This document shows, in pieces, positions 30,211-39,278 of a DNA stretch of 64,000 bases. How positions within the stretch are numbered: position 1 is the first letter of the stretch; every line of letters begins with the position of its first letter. Source of the DNA: a bacterium (GTDB lineage Bacteria; Bacillota_I; Bacilli_A; RFN20; CAG-826); contig CAVJPU010000001.1 in assembly GCA_963651445.1 (NCBI GenBank), forward strand, positions 129,094 to 193,093, read 5' to 3'. Position numbers and translations under genes: made by a program. The notes beneath the pieces are model-generated. The model ran no database searches. It was not told where the DNA came from and saw only the letters and a list, made by a program, of their open reading frames with translations.

Positions 30211-31263
30211 ATGTCTAGGATGTCCTACGTTAAAAGAAGCGAAGTAATCACCGAGGAAGGCTATAGGCTTTCCCCGTTCCTTTTAAGGATGGCGGCTTGC
30301 TTGGTTGATGTGGCTTTCTTCGTTGGGAGCTTCGTTTTGATATTTTTCTTGCTTTCTACCAATAGTTTTACCACCCTGATTGACGCGATGGGCTCGAGAG
30401 ATGCCCAAAACAAAATGAGCGATTATCAGATCAATTCGGGATTGGTAAGCCGCAACGAAAAGAACGTTTTGGCCGATATTTCTTCTGATACTTACTACAC
30501 TTACGAAGATGCGGTGGTCTTCTATTATTTGGATTATGAATCGGGAAATAACAAAAATAACCCAGAACCGCTTAATTTTACGGTCTATGATTACAACAAA
30601 ACCATCCTTGGCTTGCCGGAATCCGATGAGTATGTTAACCATTCTTCTTACTATGAATACCAAAAGGATGCCCAAGGCAATTCTCTTTTAAACGAAAGAG
30701 CAGTTTTTAAAGAATCTTTGTATGACGAGACAACTCACGAATTAACCAAAGATGCGATGAGCAGTTTATTGACCTTCTATAGGGACGCTTATTCATCAGC
30801 TCAAGATAAGTTGATGAGCAGACCATATTACAAAGAGGCTCAAGCCACTTTGAACAAAGGCTATATCGTCGTTGAATCTATTGCCGCTTATGTACCATTC
30901 TTGATTTTCTATTTCATCATCCCAATCACCAATGTCCCAGGACAAACCTTGGGCAAGAAGTTTATGAAAATCGCGGTGGCTGAAAACAGAACCGGCGTGG
31001 CGGTGGAAAAGTGGAGAACCTCTCTTCGCACCATCCCATTCCTGGTCGTTTCGCTAATCGCCATTATCTTCAATGATTTGATTGTTTCTTTGACGACCAT
31101 TATTTTGGTGATGTTAGTTAGCTCGGCTTTGATGGTATTTACCAAAAAACGCCGTTGCCTACACGATTACATTGCCGGAACCGTCGTCATTCGCGAAGAT
31201 GATTTGATGGTCAGACGCATAAAGAAAAACCCGGCGGAGAATGCTGATGCACAAGCTAGTTAA
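30211..31263 (+). CDS. RDD family membrane protein, paralogue 2
   Basis: The architecture is the same: FLLRMAACLVDVAFFVGSF, an ectodomain with a YYLDY...ILGLPESD motif, PGQTLGKKFMKIAV, and LHDYIAGTVVI. Confidence 0.7.
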   Translation: MSRMSYVKRSEVITEEGYRLSPFLLRMAACLVDVAFFVGSFVLIFFLLSTNSFTTLIDAMGSRDAQNKMSDYQINSGLVSRNEKNVLADISSDTYYTYEDAVVFYYLDYESGNNKNNPEPLNFTVYDYNKTILGLPESDEYVNHSSYYEYQKDAQGNSLLNERAVFKESLYDETTHELTKDAMSSLLTFYRDAYSSAQDKLMSRPYYKEAQATLNKGYIVVESIAAYVPFLIFYFIIPITNVPGQTLGKKFMKIAVAENRTGVAVEKWRTSLRTIPFLVVSLIAIIFNDLIVSLTTIILVMLVSSALMVFTKKRRCLHDYIAGTVVIREDDLMVRRIKKNPAENADAQAS

Positions 31264-32362
31264 GGCGGGCATTGGTTGGAGAACCTTAGCGGGGTTCATT
31301 GATTTCCTTATCGCTTGTTTCCTTGGACTAGGAATTTTCGCCATCGTTCAAACCATCTTCATGGGCAGCACGACTGGCAAACAATTAACCACTTCGATTC
31401 ATGATTATCAGGTCGATTCGGGCTTATATTACGATGACGAAAATGGCGACTTGACCACTTACGACGATTATAGCAACTACGAACGTTACGAAGGAATCAT
31501 CACCAACTACTACTTGGTATACTTACCAAGCATGAACGAAAACGTCCATTATGATAATTATTGGTATAATGTTTTCGTTTTGGGTTTGCCTGACGAAAAA
31601 GGCATCTATAGCGAAGATGATTTAAGCACCATCCAAGAACCTTCGAAAGATTGTGTTCTCTGGCAATATCAAACGGTGGAAGGAAACAAAAACTTAGACC
31701 TTATCGGCGTTCCTGCTTCTGATTTATATCAAGACGGGAAACTGACCGACGAAGCCAAAACCAAGCTTCTCCGTTTCTATTGTTCTTCGGAGGTGAGATC
31801 CGTTTATTACAATGCGATGCAAAATCTCTTCCATCAGGATTTCTACGAATCGACATATAACAAGGCGGCTGCCTACAACTTGGTCTATCCTTTGACCATT
31901 GCCATTCCGGTGGCTTTGCTAATCGTTTATTTGGTTATCCCTCTTTGCTTCAAAAACGGCGAGACCTTATCCAAAAAGATGTTCCACTTGTGCTTGGTCA
32001 ACAAGCTGGGTTTCCGCATCAAGAAAATTCAACTCGTTTTAAGAGCGTTGCCGATGATTTTATTGTCGGTCATCCTTGTTTTGTTCTTGCCTCTCGTTTG
32101 GAGCGTTTCCATCATTTCGTTAATTATTTTCATCTCCTACATCTGTTCTATATTCACGCCTAACAAGCAGGCCATCCATGACATTATCGCCGGTACGATA
32201 GTCATCAACGAGAGAGACTCTGTCTTCTATGACGATGCAGCTGCTCAAGAGGCTGGCGAGAAGTTCTACCAGCAAAGAATGGAACACGCTGAAAAAGAAA
32301 TTGAAGAAGGAAAGAGGGCTCTTGAGGAAGAAGAAAGAGCCAAGTGGAAAAAAGTCAAATAG
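31247..32362 (+). CDS. RDD family membrane protein, paralogue 3
   Basis: It reads WRTLAGFIDFLIACFLGLGIF, an ectodomain with NYYLVY...VLGLPDEKG, KNGETLSKKMFHLCLV, and IHDIIAGTIVI. I preferred the ATG at 31247 because the GGAGA spacing is 7 nt. The track start at 31241 is also possible. The gene overlaps the end of paralogue 2. Confidence 0.7.
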   Translation: MHKLVKAGIGWRTLAGFIDFLIACFLGLGIFAIVQTIFMGSTTGKQLTTSIHDYQVDSGLYYDDENGDLTTYDDYSNYERYEGIITNYYLVYLPSMNENVHYDNYWYNVFVLGLPDEKGIYSEDDLSTIQEPSKDCVLWQYQTVEGNKNLDLIGVPASDLYQDGKLTDEAKTKLLRFYCSSEVRSVYYNAMQNLFHQDFYESTYNKAAAYNLVYPLTIAIPVALLIVYLVIPLCFKNGETLSKKMFHLCLVNKLGFRIKKIQLVLRALPMILLSVILVLFLPLVWSVSIISLIIFISYICSIFTPNKQAIHDIIAGTIVINERDSVFYDDAAAQEAGEKFYQQRMEHAEKEIEEGKRALEEEERAKWKKVK

Positions 32363-32382
32363 CCGACCTCCTACAAGTTTTG

Positions 32383-32416
32383 GCCTTAAATTACATTTAG
32401 GGCTTTTTCTTTTTTG
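32383..32416 (+). terminator. Rho-independent terminator after the RDD trio
   Basis: GCCTTAAAT-tac-ATTTAGGGC (9 bp, one G-U pair), then TTTTTCTTTTTT. Confidence 0.65.
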
Positions 32417-32538
32417 AAGTGCCATTCACCCTCTTACTTCGTAAAGATATGCTTTCTCATCTTGTTTGAGACCCCTTATTTTTGCTACACTATATAACGC
32501 ATATAAAGGACTGTGCTGAAAAGCACGGGAGGAAAAAC

Positions 32539-34092
32539 ATGGAAGTAAGAATCGAAGGTCTTACAAAGGTGTTCGACAGTCGCACTGGAAAGAAGGGTTC
32601 CAGAGTTACTGCTGTCGACAAATTTGATTTGACCATCCCCGACGGTAAACTCGTCGGTCTTTTAGGTCCTTCTGGCTGTGGTAAGTCCACCACCTTGTAC
32701 ATGATCGCTGGTTTGCACAAGCAAAGCGGTGGCCATATCTACTTTGGTAGTGAAGAAGTCACCAATGTCCCACCAGAGAACCGCGGTATTGGCTTAGTTT
32801 TCCAAAACTACGCTTTGTACCCGCACTTCACCGTTTATCAGAACATTTCGTTCCCGCTCGACAACGTTCGTTTGCCAGGTGCCTATGGAAATGAAAGCGA
32901 TGAATTGAAGTCTGCCGAAGCTGATTTGAAGTCTTTCGAGCAGAACTTAAAGAAAGCCCTCGCCCGTCAGCCGAATTTACCGGCGATGATCGAGCGCAAC
33001 AACGCCCAAGGCAAATCCGTTCGTGCCTTAGAGGAAGAAATGGCCTCTAACCAGGATTTGATTGACCATGCCGATGCCCTTCGCGCCGACAAAGAAGCCC
33101 GCGTTGAGGAAGCTAAGGTCGCTCTTGATGCTGCCAAGGCTGCCTTCGAAGAATTGAAAGCCACTGATCCAGCGGCCGCCAAGATCGCTAACAAGAAGCG
33201 CTTATCCAAAGCCGATAAGGATGCTTTGATTCATGAAAACGCCAGAGTCGTCGACATCGAGCCGTACCTCAGCCGTAAACCGAAAGAGTTGTCCGGTGGC
33301 CAGCAACAGCGTGTCGCTATCGCTCGTGCGTTGGTCAAAAAGCCATCCGTCTTGTTGTTAGACGAGCCATTATCCAACTTGGATGCCCGTTTGCGTTTGC
33401 AGACTCGTGAAGAGATCAAGCGTATCCAGCGTTCCACTGGCATCACCACTGTCTTCGTCACCCACGACCAGGAAGAAGCTATGTCCATCTCCGACACCAT
33501 TGTCGTCATGAAGGCCGGCATCATCCAGCAAATCGGTGAACCACAATACGTTTACAATGAACCAGTCAACATGTTCGTCGCCAAGTTCTTAGGTAACCCA
33601 GCCATCAACATCATCGAAGGCGAAATCAAAGATGGCAAGCTTTATTTGAACGGCGAATTATTCGATGATGACCCAGTTTATCAGAACGATTACAACCAGG
33701 TTGTCTACGAAGAACCGGAAAAGCAATACGACAAGAAAGGCAAGGAAATCCTTCCTGCCGATAGGGAAGAAAACCCAGAAGTCGCTAAGCTTGCTTACCC
33801 AACCCATATCGAAGTTCATAAAGACCGTAAGGTTTATATCGGCATCAGACCTGAACACTTCACCGCTGCCCCGAAGAAAGGCACCAAGAATGTGATTCCA
33901 GTCGATATCGATATGATTCAGACCATCGGTCGTGATATCTCGGTCGTTGGCAACGTTTCTGGCAATGCTGAAGCCAAATTGCGCGTCATCATTCCAAGCG
34001 AGGAACGTGAAGCCATCGGTTCCGCGGCCACGGTTAAATTCGGAACCAAGCGTTTTTACGTCTTTGAGGAAGGCGGAGAGAGGTTGAAATAA
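32539..34092 (+). CDS. ABC transporter ATP-binding protein (MalK/UgpC-like, CUT1-type) with a roughly 110-aa coiled-coil-like insertion
   Basis: The motifs are Walker A GPSGCGKST, Q-loop FQNYALYPH, signature LSGGQQQRVAIARAL, Walker B LLLDEPLSNLD and H-loop VTHDQ. The start is at MEVRIEGL with the RBS GGGAGG. The track ORF extends upstream without an RBS. Confidence 0.9.
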   Translation: MEVRIEGLTKVFDSRTGKKGSRVTAVDKFDLTIPDGKLVGLLGPSGCGKSTTLYMIAGLHKQSGGHIYFGSEEVTNVPPENRGIGLVFQNYALYPHFTVYQNISFPLDNVRLPGAYGNESDELKSAEADLKSFEQNLKKALARQPNLPAMIERNNAQGKSVRALEEEMASNQDLIDHADALRADKEARVEEAKVALDAAKAAFEELKATDPAAAKIANKKRLSKADKDALIHENARVVDIEPYLSRKPKELSGGQQQRVAIARALVKKPSVLLLDEPLSNLDARLRLQTREEIKRIQRSTGITTVFVTHDQEEAMSISDTIVVMKAGIIQQIGEPQYVYNEPVNMFVAKFLGNPAINIIEGEIKDGKLYLNGELFDDDPVYQNDYNQVVYEEPEKQYDKKGKEILPADREENPEVAKLAYPTHIEVHKDRKVYIGIRPEHFTAAPKKGTKNVIPVDIDMIQTIGRDISVVGNVSGNAEAKLRVIIPSEEREAIGSAATVKFGTKRFYVFEEGGERLK

Positions 34093-35186
34093 TGCCGGCG
34101 ACTAAATCCAAAATCGCCACGGAATTGGCTTACTGGAGAGCTCGTCCAAGTGAAGAGCAGCTTTCAGCCTCAACTGAAGCCATCCTTCATCAGACTTTGT
34201 CTACCCGTAAAGCCTCCCGTATCCAACTCCCCGAATGGGCGAAGGCTTGGATCGCGTTGATTCCGGCTTTATTCTTCTTGCTTTTATTCATGATCTACCC
34301 GATCATCAACACCTTCTTGATCTCGTGGATCGTCAACTTCAAGTTCATGGCGGGCTCCAATAGCTCCTTCGCGTTGACCAACTACTTCGCGGCCTTGAAC
34401 AGCACCCGTGGCGGCGTCAAGCCGTACTGGGGCATCGATAACTACATAACGGTATTGACTTCCTCGGAATTCCTCAGTTCCTTGGCCAACACGGCAATCA
34501 TCGTCGTGGTCTCCGTTCCACTTACCATCATCATCGGTTTGTTGATAGCGGTCTTCTTAAATGCGATTAAGCCTCTTAAAGGTTTCTTCCAGACCGTCTT
34601 CTTCTTACCGTATGTCACCAACACCATCGCGTTAGGTATGGTCTTCAAGGTCATCTTCTCGTCATACCCTGGCGGCTTGTTCAACAAATTCTTGAGTTTG
34701 TTCGGGGTTGCTCCGCAAGCTTGGTTATCCGCCAGCGCCTCCAAATGGGCGATGTTGGTCCCAATCATTATTTATGCCATTTGGAATGGCTTAGCCTTCA
34801 AGATTTTGGTCTTCGAATCCGGCTTAGCCTCTATTGATAATCAGTATTACGATGCCGCGAAGATCGACGGCGCTTCCAGGAGCACCATCTTCGCTCGTAT
34901 TACTGTTCCTCTTTTGTCCCCGCAGATCTTGTATATCACCATCACTTCCTTCATCGGTGCGTTCAAGAGCTACACTCAAGTCATCGCCTTATTCGGCGGC
35001 GGCGCTTACTACTTCGGCGGCACCACTCAGAAATACTGGGAAACCGTCGTCGGTTATATCTATGTAACCATGCAAGACTCTACGAAGACCGGCGTAGCTG
35101 CCGCGGCTTCCTTCGTCTTGCTTATCATCATCTTGCTTATCACCCTCGTTCAGATGCAGGTGAGCAAGAGAAAGGTGGTGTATTGA
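34092..35186 (+). CDS. ABC transporter permease (MalF/UgpA-like)
   Basis: It has about 6 TM and the EAA loop YYDAAKIDGASRSTIFARITVPLL. The start overlaps the ATPase stop (TAATG). Confidence 0.88.
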   Translation: MPATKSKIATELAYWRARPSEEQLSASTEAILHQTLSTRKASRIQLPEWAKAWIALIPALFFLLLFMIYPIINTFLISWIVNFKFMAGSNSSFALTNYFAALNSTRGGVKPYWGIDNYITVLTSSEFLSSLANTAIIVVVSVPLTIIIGLLIAVFLNAIKPLKGFFQTVFFLPYVTNTIALGMVFKVIFSSYPGGLFNKFLSLFGVAPQAWLSASASKWAMLVPIIIYAIWNGLAFKILVFESGLASIDNQYYDAAKIDGASRSTIFARITVPLLSPQILYITITSFIGAFKSYTQVIALFGGGAYYFGGTTQKYWETVVGYIYVTMQDSTKTGVAAAASFVLLIIILLITLVQMQVSKRKVVY

Positions 35187-35187
35187 T

Positions 35188-36147
35188 ATGGCGCATGAAA
35201 TGTATTTTGCCACCCCGGCTCAGATGAGAAGGTACAAAGCCTCGAAGACGATTGGCCAAATCTTGGTCTACTTCTTCCTTTGCGTCATCGGCTTATTCAT
35301 CCTCATCCCATTCGTCTTCATGGTCATCACATCTTTCCGTGATCCTTCCAACTATGACTACGACACCATCAACTCCATCTTCCACATCATCCCGCCAGCT
35401 ACACACGAGATCAATGGAACTCCAAACTACACGTTGAACAACTTCATCTCGGTGTTCACCTATAAGAGTGCCTCGGGCCAGAGCATCAACTTCGGCCTCT
35501 ATTATGGAAATACCCTTTACGTTTCCATCATTGGCACCTTCTTTACCTTGATCACCACGGTCTTGGCTTCCTTCGCCTTCGCCCGCTGCAACTTCAAGGG
35601 AAAGAATCTCTTATTCACGATTCTCTTGGGAACCATGATGATTCCTGGCGAAATGATGGTTATCACCAACTATCAGACCGTCATGGGTCTTAGCTGGGAG
35701 AACACCTATGCGTCATTGATCTTCGTCCATGGCGTATCGGTCTTCTATATCTTCTATCTACGACAGACTTTCCAACAGATTCCGAACGAACTCTTCTTGG
35801 CGGCCAAAGTCGACGGTTACGGACATTTCGCCTACCTCTGGAAGGTAATGATCCCAATCGCCATGCCGACCATCATCACCATCATGATCCTTTCCTTGAT
35901 GGGCGCTTGGAACTCCTACATCTGGCCAAACCTCGTCGCATCCGGCGATAACAAGGTCTTCGGCTGGTCGATGAAACTCGTCTCCAACGGTTTGATGAGC
36001 TTATTCACCTCCTCCGATGGCGAAATCTCTTACGACACCGTTAAGATCGCCGGCTCCGTTGTTGTCACGACCCCGTTGTTTATCTTCTTCTTGATTTTCC
36101 GCAAATACATCATGCGCGGCATCTCCCGCTCTGGTATCAAAGGTTAA
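35188..36147 (+). CDS. ABC transporter permease (MalG/UgpE-like)
   Basis: It has about 6 TM and the EAA loop LFLAAKVDGYGHFAYLWKVMIPIA. Confidence 0.88.
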   Translation: MAHEMYFATPAQMRRYKASKTIGQILVYFFLCVIGLFILIPFVFMVITSFRDPSNYDYDTINSIFHIIPPATHEINGTPNYTLNNFISVFTYKSASGQSINFGLYYGNTLYVSIIGTFFTLITTVLASFAFARCNFKGKNLLFTILLGTMMIPGEMMVITNYQTVMGLSWENTYASLIFVHGVSVFYIFYLRQTFQQIPNELFLAAKVDGYGHFAYLWKVMIPIAMPTIITIMILSLMGAWNSYIWPNLVASGDNKVFGWSMKLVSNGLMSLFTSSDGEISYDTVKIAGSVVVTTPLFIFFLIFRKYIMRGISRSGIKG

Positions 36148-36191
36148 TCAACCCCAAAAACTTATTAAAAATAAAAGGAAAGAAAAACATT

Positions 36192-37706
36192 ATGAAAAGC
36201 ACAAAATTGAAAGTCTTGGCCTTAGGTGGCTTGCTCAGCATGGTCCTCACCAGCTGCGGTACTGAAACCCTTGATGCCGAACGTCCTGTCGACATGAATT
36301 TGGATACCAACAACACCACCATCGAATGGTGGACTGGCTTCGGTTCCGATATCACTGGTTACCTTGATGACCAGATTCTCCCAGAATTCGCCGAGAAGAC
36401 CGGCATCACCATCACCCACACCACAAAAGGTGGTTATGACAACCTCCAGAAGGCCGTCAACTTAGGCGCCGGCCATCGTACTTATCCGAACATCGTCGTC
36501 GGTTATCCAGACCATTTCGCTTCCTATGTTGCTTCCAATATGCAGCTCCGTTTGGACCCATATTTCGAAGATGACCCAGAAGGCAAAGCCTTCATGGAAG
36601 ACATCTATCCTTCCTATATGGATGAGAACCAGCAGCTCGAATTCAAGGAAGACGGCACCGGTTACACCTTAGGTGTTCCATTCAACAAATCCACCGAAGT
36701 CCTCGTTTATAACGAAAACTTCTTCAATTCAACCATCGTCAAGGGCTGGGGCATCCTCAAGGTTCCTCAGACTTGGGACGAAGTCGAAACTTATGGCAAG
36801 ATCGCCATCGAGAAACTCACTCCGTTCTTCGGCCAGATTTTAGGCACCGATGGCCGCAGCTATACCAAAGAATCTGATATGCCAAGCGGCGTTTCCATCT
36901 TAGCCAACTTGACCACAGCGACCGCTGATACCTTCTACTTCTTGGGCTATGACTCCCAGGCCAACCTATTCATCAGCTCCTTGCGTCAGTGGGGCGGCAA
37001 ATACACCGAAATCGACCAGGACACTGGCATGGGTTATGCCGTTTATGACAACACCGAATGCCGTGAGATGTTAGCCTTCATGCGTCGTTTATCCAAAGAA
37101 CATGTCTTAGCTATCCCATCCTCCTTCGGTGGTACTTCTCTCTATTGCTCTGACTACTATAAGAACTATCAGTGCATGATGAATGTCGGTTCTTCCGCTG
37201 GTTTAAGCCACTACACCGATGCCAACTTGAAGTCCACCTCTGGTGTTACCTCTGTTCCATATAAGGATGAAGATCACAAATACGTCATCTCCCAGGGTAC
37301 CAACCTTGCTATGTTGAATAAAGGCACCGACACCGAAGTCTTAGCCTCTTGGAAAGCCCTCAAGTACTTGACCACTGGCGAAACCAACGGTCTCTTCTGC
37401 GCTTTGACTGGTTACTATCCAGCCACTAAGTCCGCTTACAACAGCACCACTTATCAGGAATTCTTGAACGCAACTCCATCCGATGAGAACGACGCCAACA
37501 AGAAGAAAGCCGCCAAGGCCAACTCCGAAATCTATGACGCCGACAACTCCGGCTGGCACAAGTTCGTCGACCCGGGCTTCAACGGTTCTTCCGCCGTCCG
37601 TACCGAAATCGAATCTGTTATGTCTCGTACATTATTGGAAACCACTGACATCGACACCATTCTCAAAGAATCCTACGCCACCATCTCCGCTTACGTCCGC
37701 AGCTAA
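36192..37706 (+). CDS. Lipoprotein, ABC substrate-binding protein (paralogue A)
   Basis: The lipobox is LSMVLTS|CGTE. It shares many blocks with the next ORF (GGYDNLQKA.NLGAG, GVPFNKSTE, RQWGGKYTE, KFVDPGFNGSSAVRT). Confidence 0.8.
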   Translation: MKSTKLKVLALGGLLSMVLTSCGTETLDAERPVDMNLDTNNTTIEWWTGFGSDITGYLDDQILPEFAEKTGITITHTTKGGYDNLQKAVNLGAGHRTYPNIVVGYPDHFASYVASNMQLRLDPYFEDDPEGKAFMEDIYPSYMDENQQLEFKEDGTGYTLGVPFNKSTEVLVYNENFFNSTIVKGWGILKVPQTWDEVETYGKIAIEKLTPFFGQILGTDGRSYTKESDMPSGVSILANLTTATADTFYFLGYDSQANLFISSLRQWGGKYTEIDQDTGMGYAVYDNTECREMLAFMRRLSKEHVLAIPSSFGGTSLYCSDYYKNYQCMMNVGSSAGLSHYTDANLKSTSGVTSVPYKDEDHKYVISQGTNLAMLNKGTDTEVLASWKALKYLTTGETNGLFCALTGYYPATKSAYNSTTYQEFLNATPSDENDANKKKAAKANSEIYDADNSGWHKFVDPGFNGSSAVRTEIESVMSRTLLETTDIDTILKESYATISAYVRS

Positions 37707-37727
37707 TCTGCATTAAGGAGGGACTAA

Positions 37728-39278
37728 ATGAAAAACAACAAGAAATTATTGGTCCTTTTGCCTCTAGTTAGCACCGCTCTCTCTTTGTCGAGCTGCGGTC
37801 CTAAAGTCAATCCATACGACCTCGACTTCACCGTCGACACCAACGGTGTCACCATCCAAATGTGGCACCCGTTCGGCTCTGATATGGCTGGCTATCTTGA
37901 GGAAGTTGTTGAACTCTTCACTCAAGAGACCGGCATCAAGGTCGAACTCGAAGGCAAAGGCGGCTACGATAACCTCCAGAAGGCTATCACCTTAGGCGCT
38001 GGCAAGGGAAAAATCCCTGGCGTCACCCTCGCCTATCCTGACCATATGGCCAGCTACGTCGATAACGACTCCATCCTCCGTCTCGATTATTATTTCGAGA
38101 ACGATGGAGACGATGATTTCAATATCTCCGACTTCTATGCTGACTACATGGTCGAAAACCAATCGATCGAAAAGAAAGAAGACGGCTCTGGCTTCTATAC
38201 CTTGGGCGTTCCATTCAACAAATCGACCGAATTGATGTATTACAACAAGACCTTCTTCGATTGGGCTTCCGCTCAGAACTCCGCCATCAAGGTTCCTGAA
38301 ACCTGGGAAGAGGTTGGCACGGTTTCGACCGCCATCCTTAACCTTATGGAATCCAAAGGTCTTTATAGCAAGATTTTAGGAAGTGACGGCAACCTTTATA
38401 ACAGAGCCAGCGAATTGCCAGTCGGCGTCACCGCGGCTTTGAACTTCTCCGCCGTTGAAGCTTCTAGTTTCCACCCATTCACTTACGATTCCCAGGCGAA
38501 CTTCTTCATCACCACGATTCGTCAGTGGGGCGGAACCTATACCGAATTCGATTCCGATACCAGACGTGGTTATATGGCCTTTAATACCCAAGAGACCATC
38601 GATGGCTTAACCTACATGAAGAATCTTCATGACAATTGTCGTTTGGCTATCCCGGCCGAATATGGCGGAACCTCCAAATATTCCTCCAGTTACTTCAAGA
38701 ACTGGCAGTCTCTTATGACCATCGGCTCCTCCGCCGGTGCCACCAACAGCGCCCCAAGTGGCGATGCCTTCGAAGTCGGCGTTGCTCCGCTCCCATATAA
38801 GGATGCGGATCACAAATACGCCATCTCCCAGGGCACCAACCTCATTCTCATGGACGTCGGAACCGTCGCCCAGAGAGTCGCTTCCTGGAAATTGCTTAAG
38901 TACTTAAGCAAGACTCAGAATGGCTTATTCGCTTCCAGAAGCGCCTACTATCCATCCTGCGAATACGCTCAGAACTCCGAAGAATATCAGGATGCCTTAA
39001 AGCGTAATAACCCAGCCACTGCCGAGGAAAAACCATCGACCGCCCAGGCTTTGCATTATTACGTCGCTCAGGTCAACACCGACTATTACATGAAGGATAG
39101 CGAAAACTGGACCAAGTTCGTCGATCCGGGCTTCTCTGGTTCCTCTGCCATCCGTACTGCCGTCGGTTCGGCCATGGGCTTATTGTTCATTGGCGATGAA
39201 AACGGCAAGGATATGAGCGCGCAAGACGTTGTGGATTACTTCTACAACAACTCTGACTTGAAAGGATATGTACGCTGA
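37728..39278 (+). CDS. Lipoprotein, ABC substrate-binding protein (paralogue B)
   Basis: The lipobox is ALSLSS|CGPK. It is a tandem paralogue of 36192..37706. Confidence 0.8.
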   Translation: MKNNKKLLVLLPLVSTALSLSSCGPKVNPYDLDFTVDTNGVTIQMWHPFGSDMAGYLEEVVELFTQETGIKVELEGKGGYDNLQKAITLGAGKGKIPGVTLAYPDHMASYVDNDSILRLDYYFENDGDDDFNISDFYADYMVENQSIEKKEDGSGFYTLGVPFNKSTELMYYNKTFFDWASAQNSAIKVPETWEEVGTVSTAILNLMESKGLYSKILGSDGNLYNRASELPVGVTAALNFSAVEASSFHPFTYDSQANFFITTIRQWGGTYTEFDSDTRRGYMAFNTQETIDGLTYMKNLHDNCRLAIPAEYGGTSKYSSSYFKNWQSLMTIGSSAGATNSAPSGDAFEVGVAPLPYKDADHKYAISQGTNLILMDVGTVAQRVASWKLLKYLSKTQNGLFASRSAYYPSCEYAQNSEEYQDALKRNNPATAEEKPSTAQALHYYVAQVNTDYYMKDSENWTKFVDPGFSGSSAIRTAVGSAMGLLFIGDENGKDMSAQDVVDYFYNNSDLKGYVR

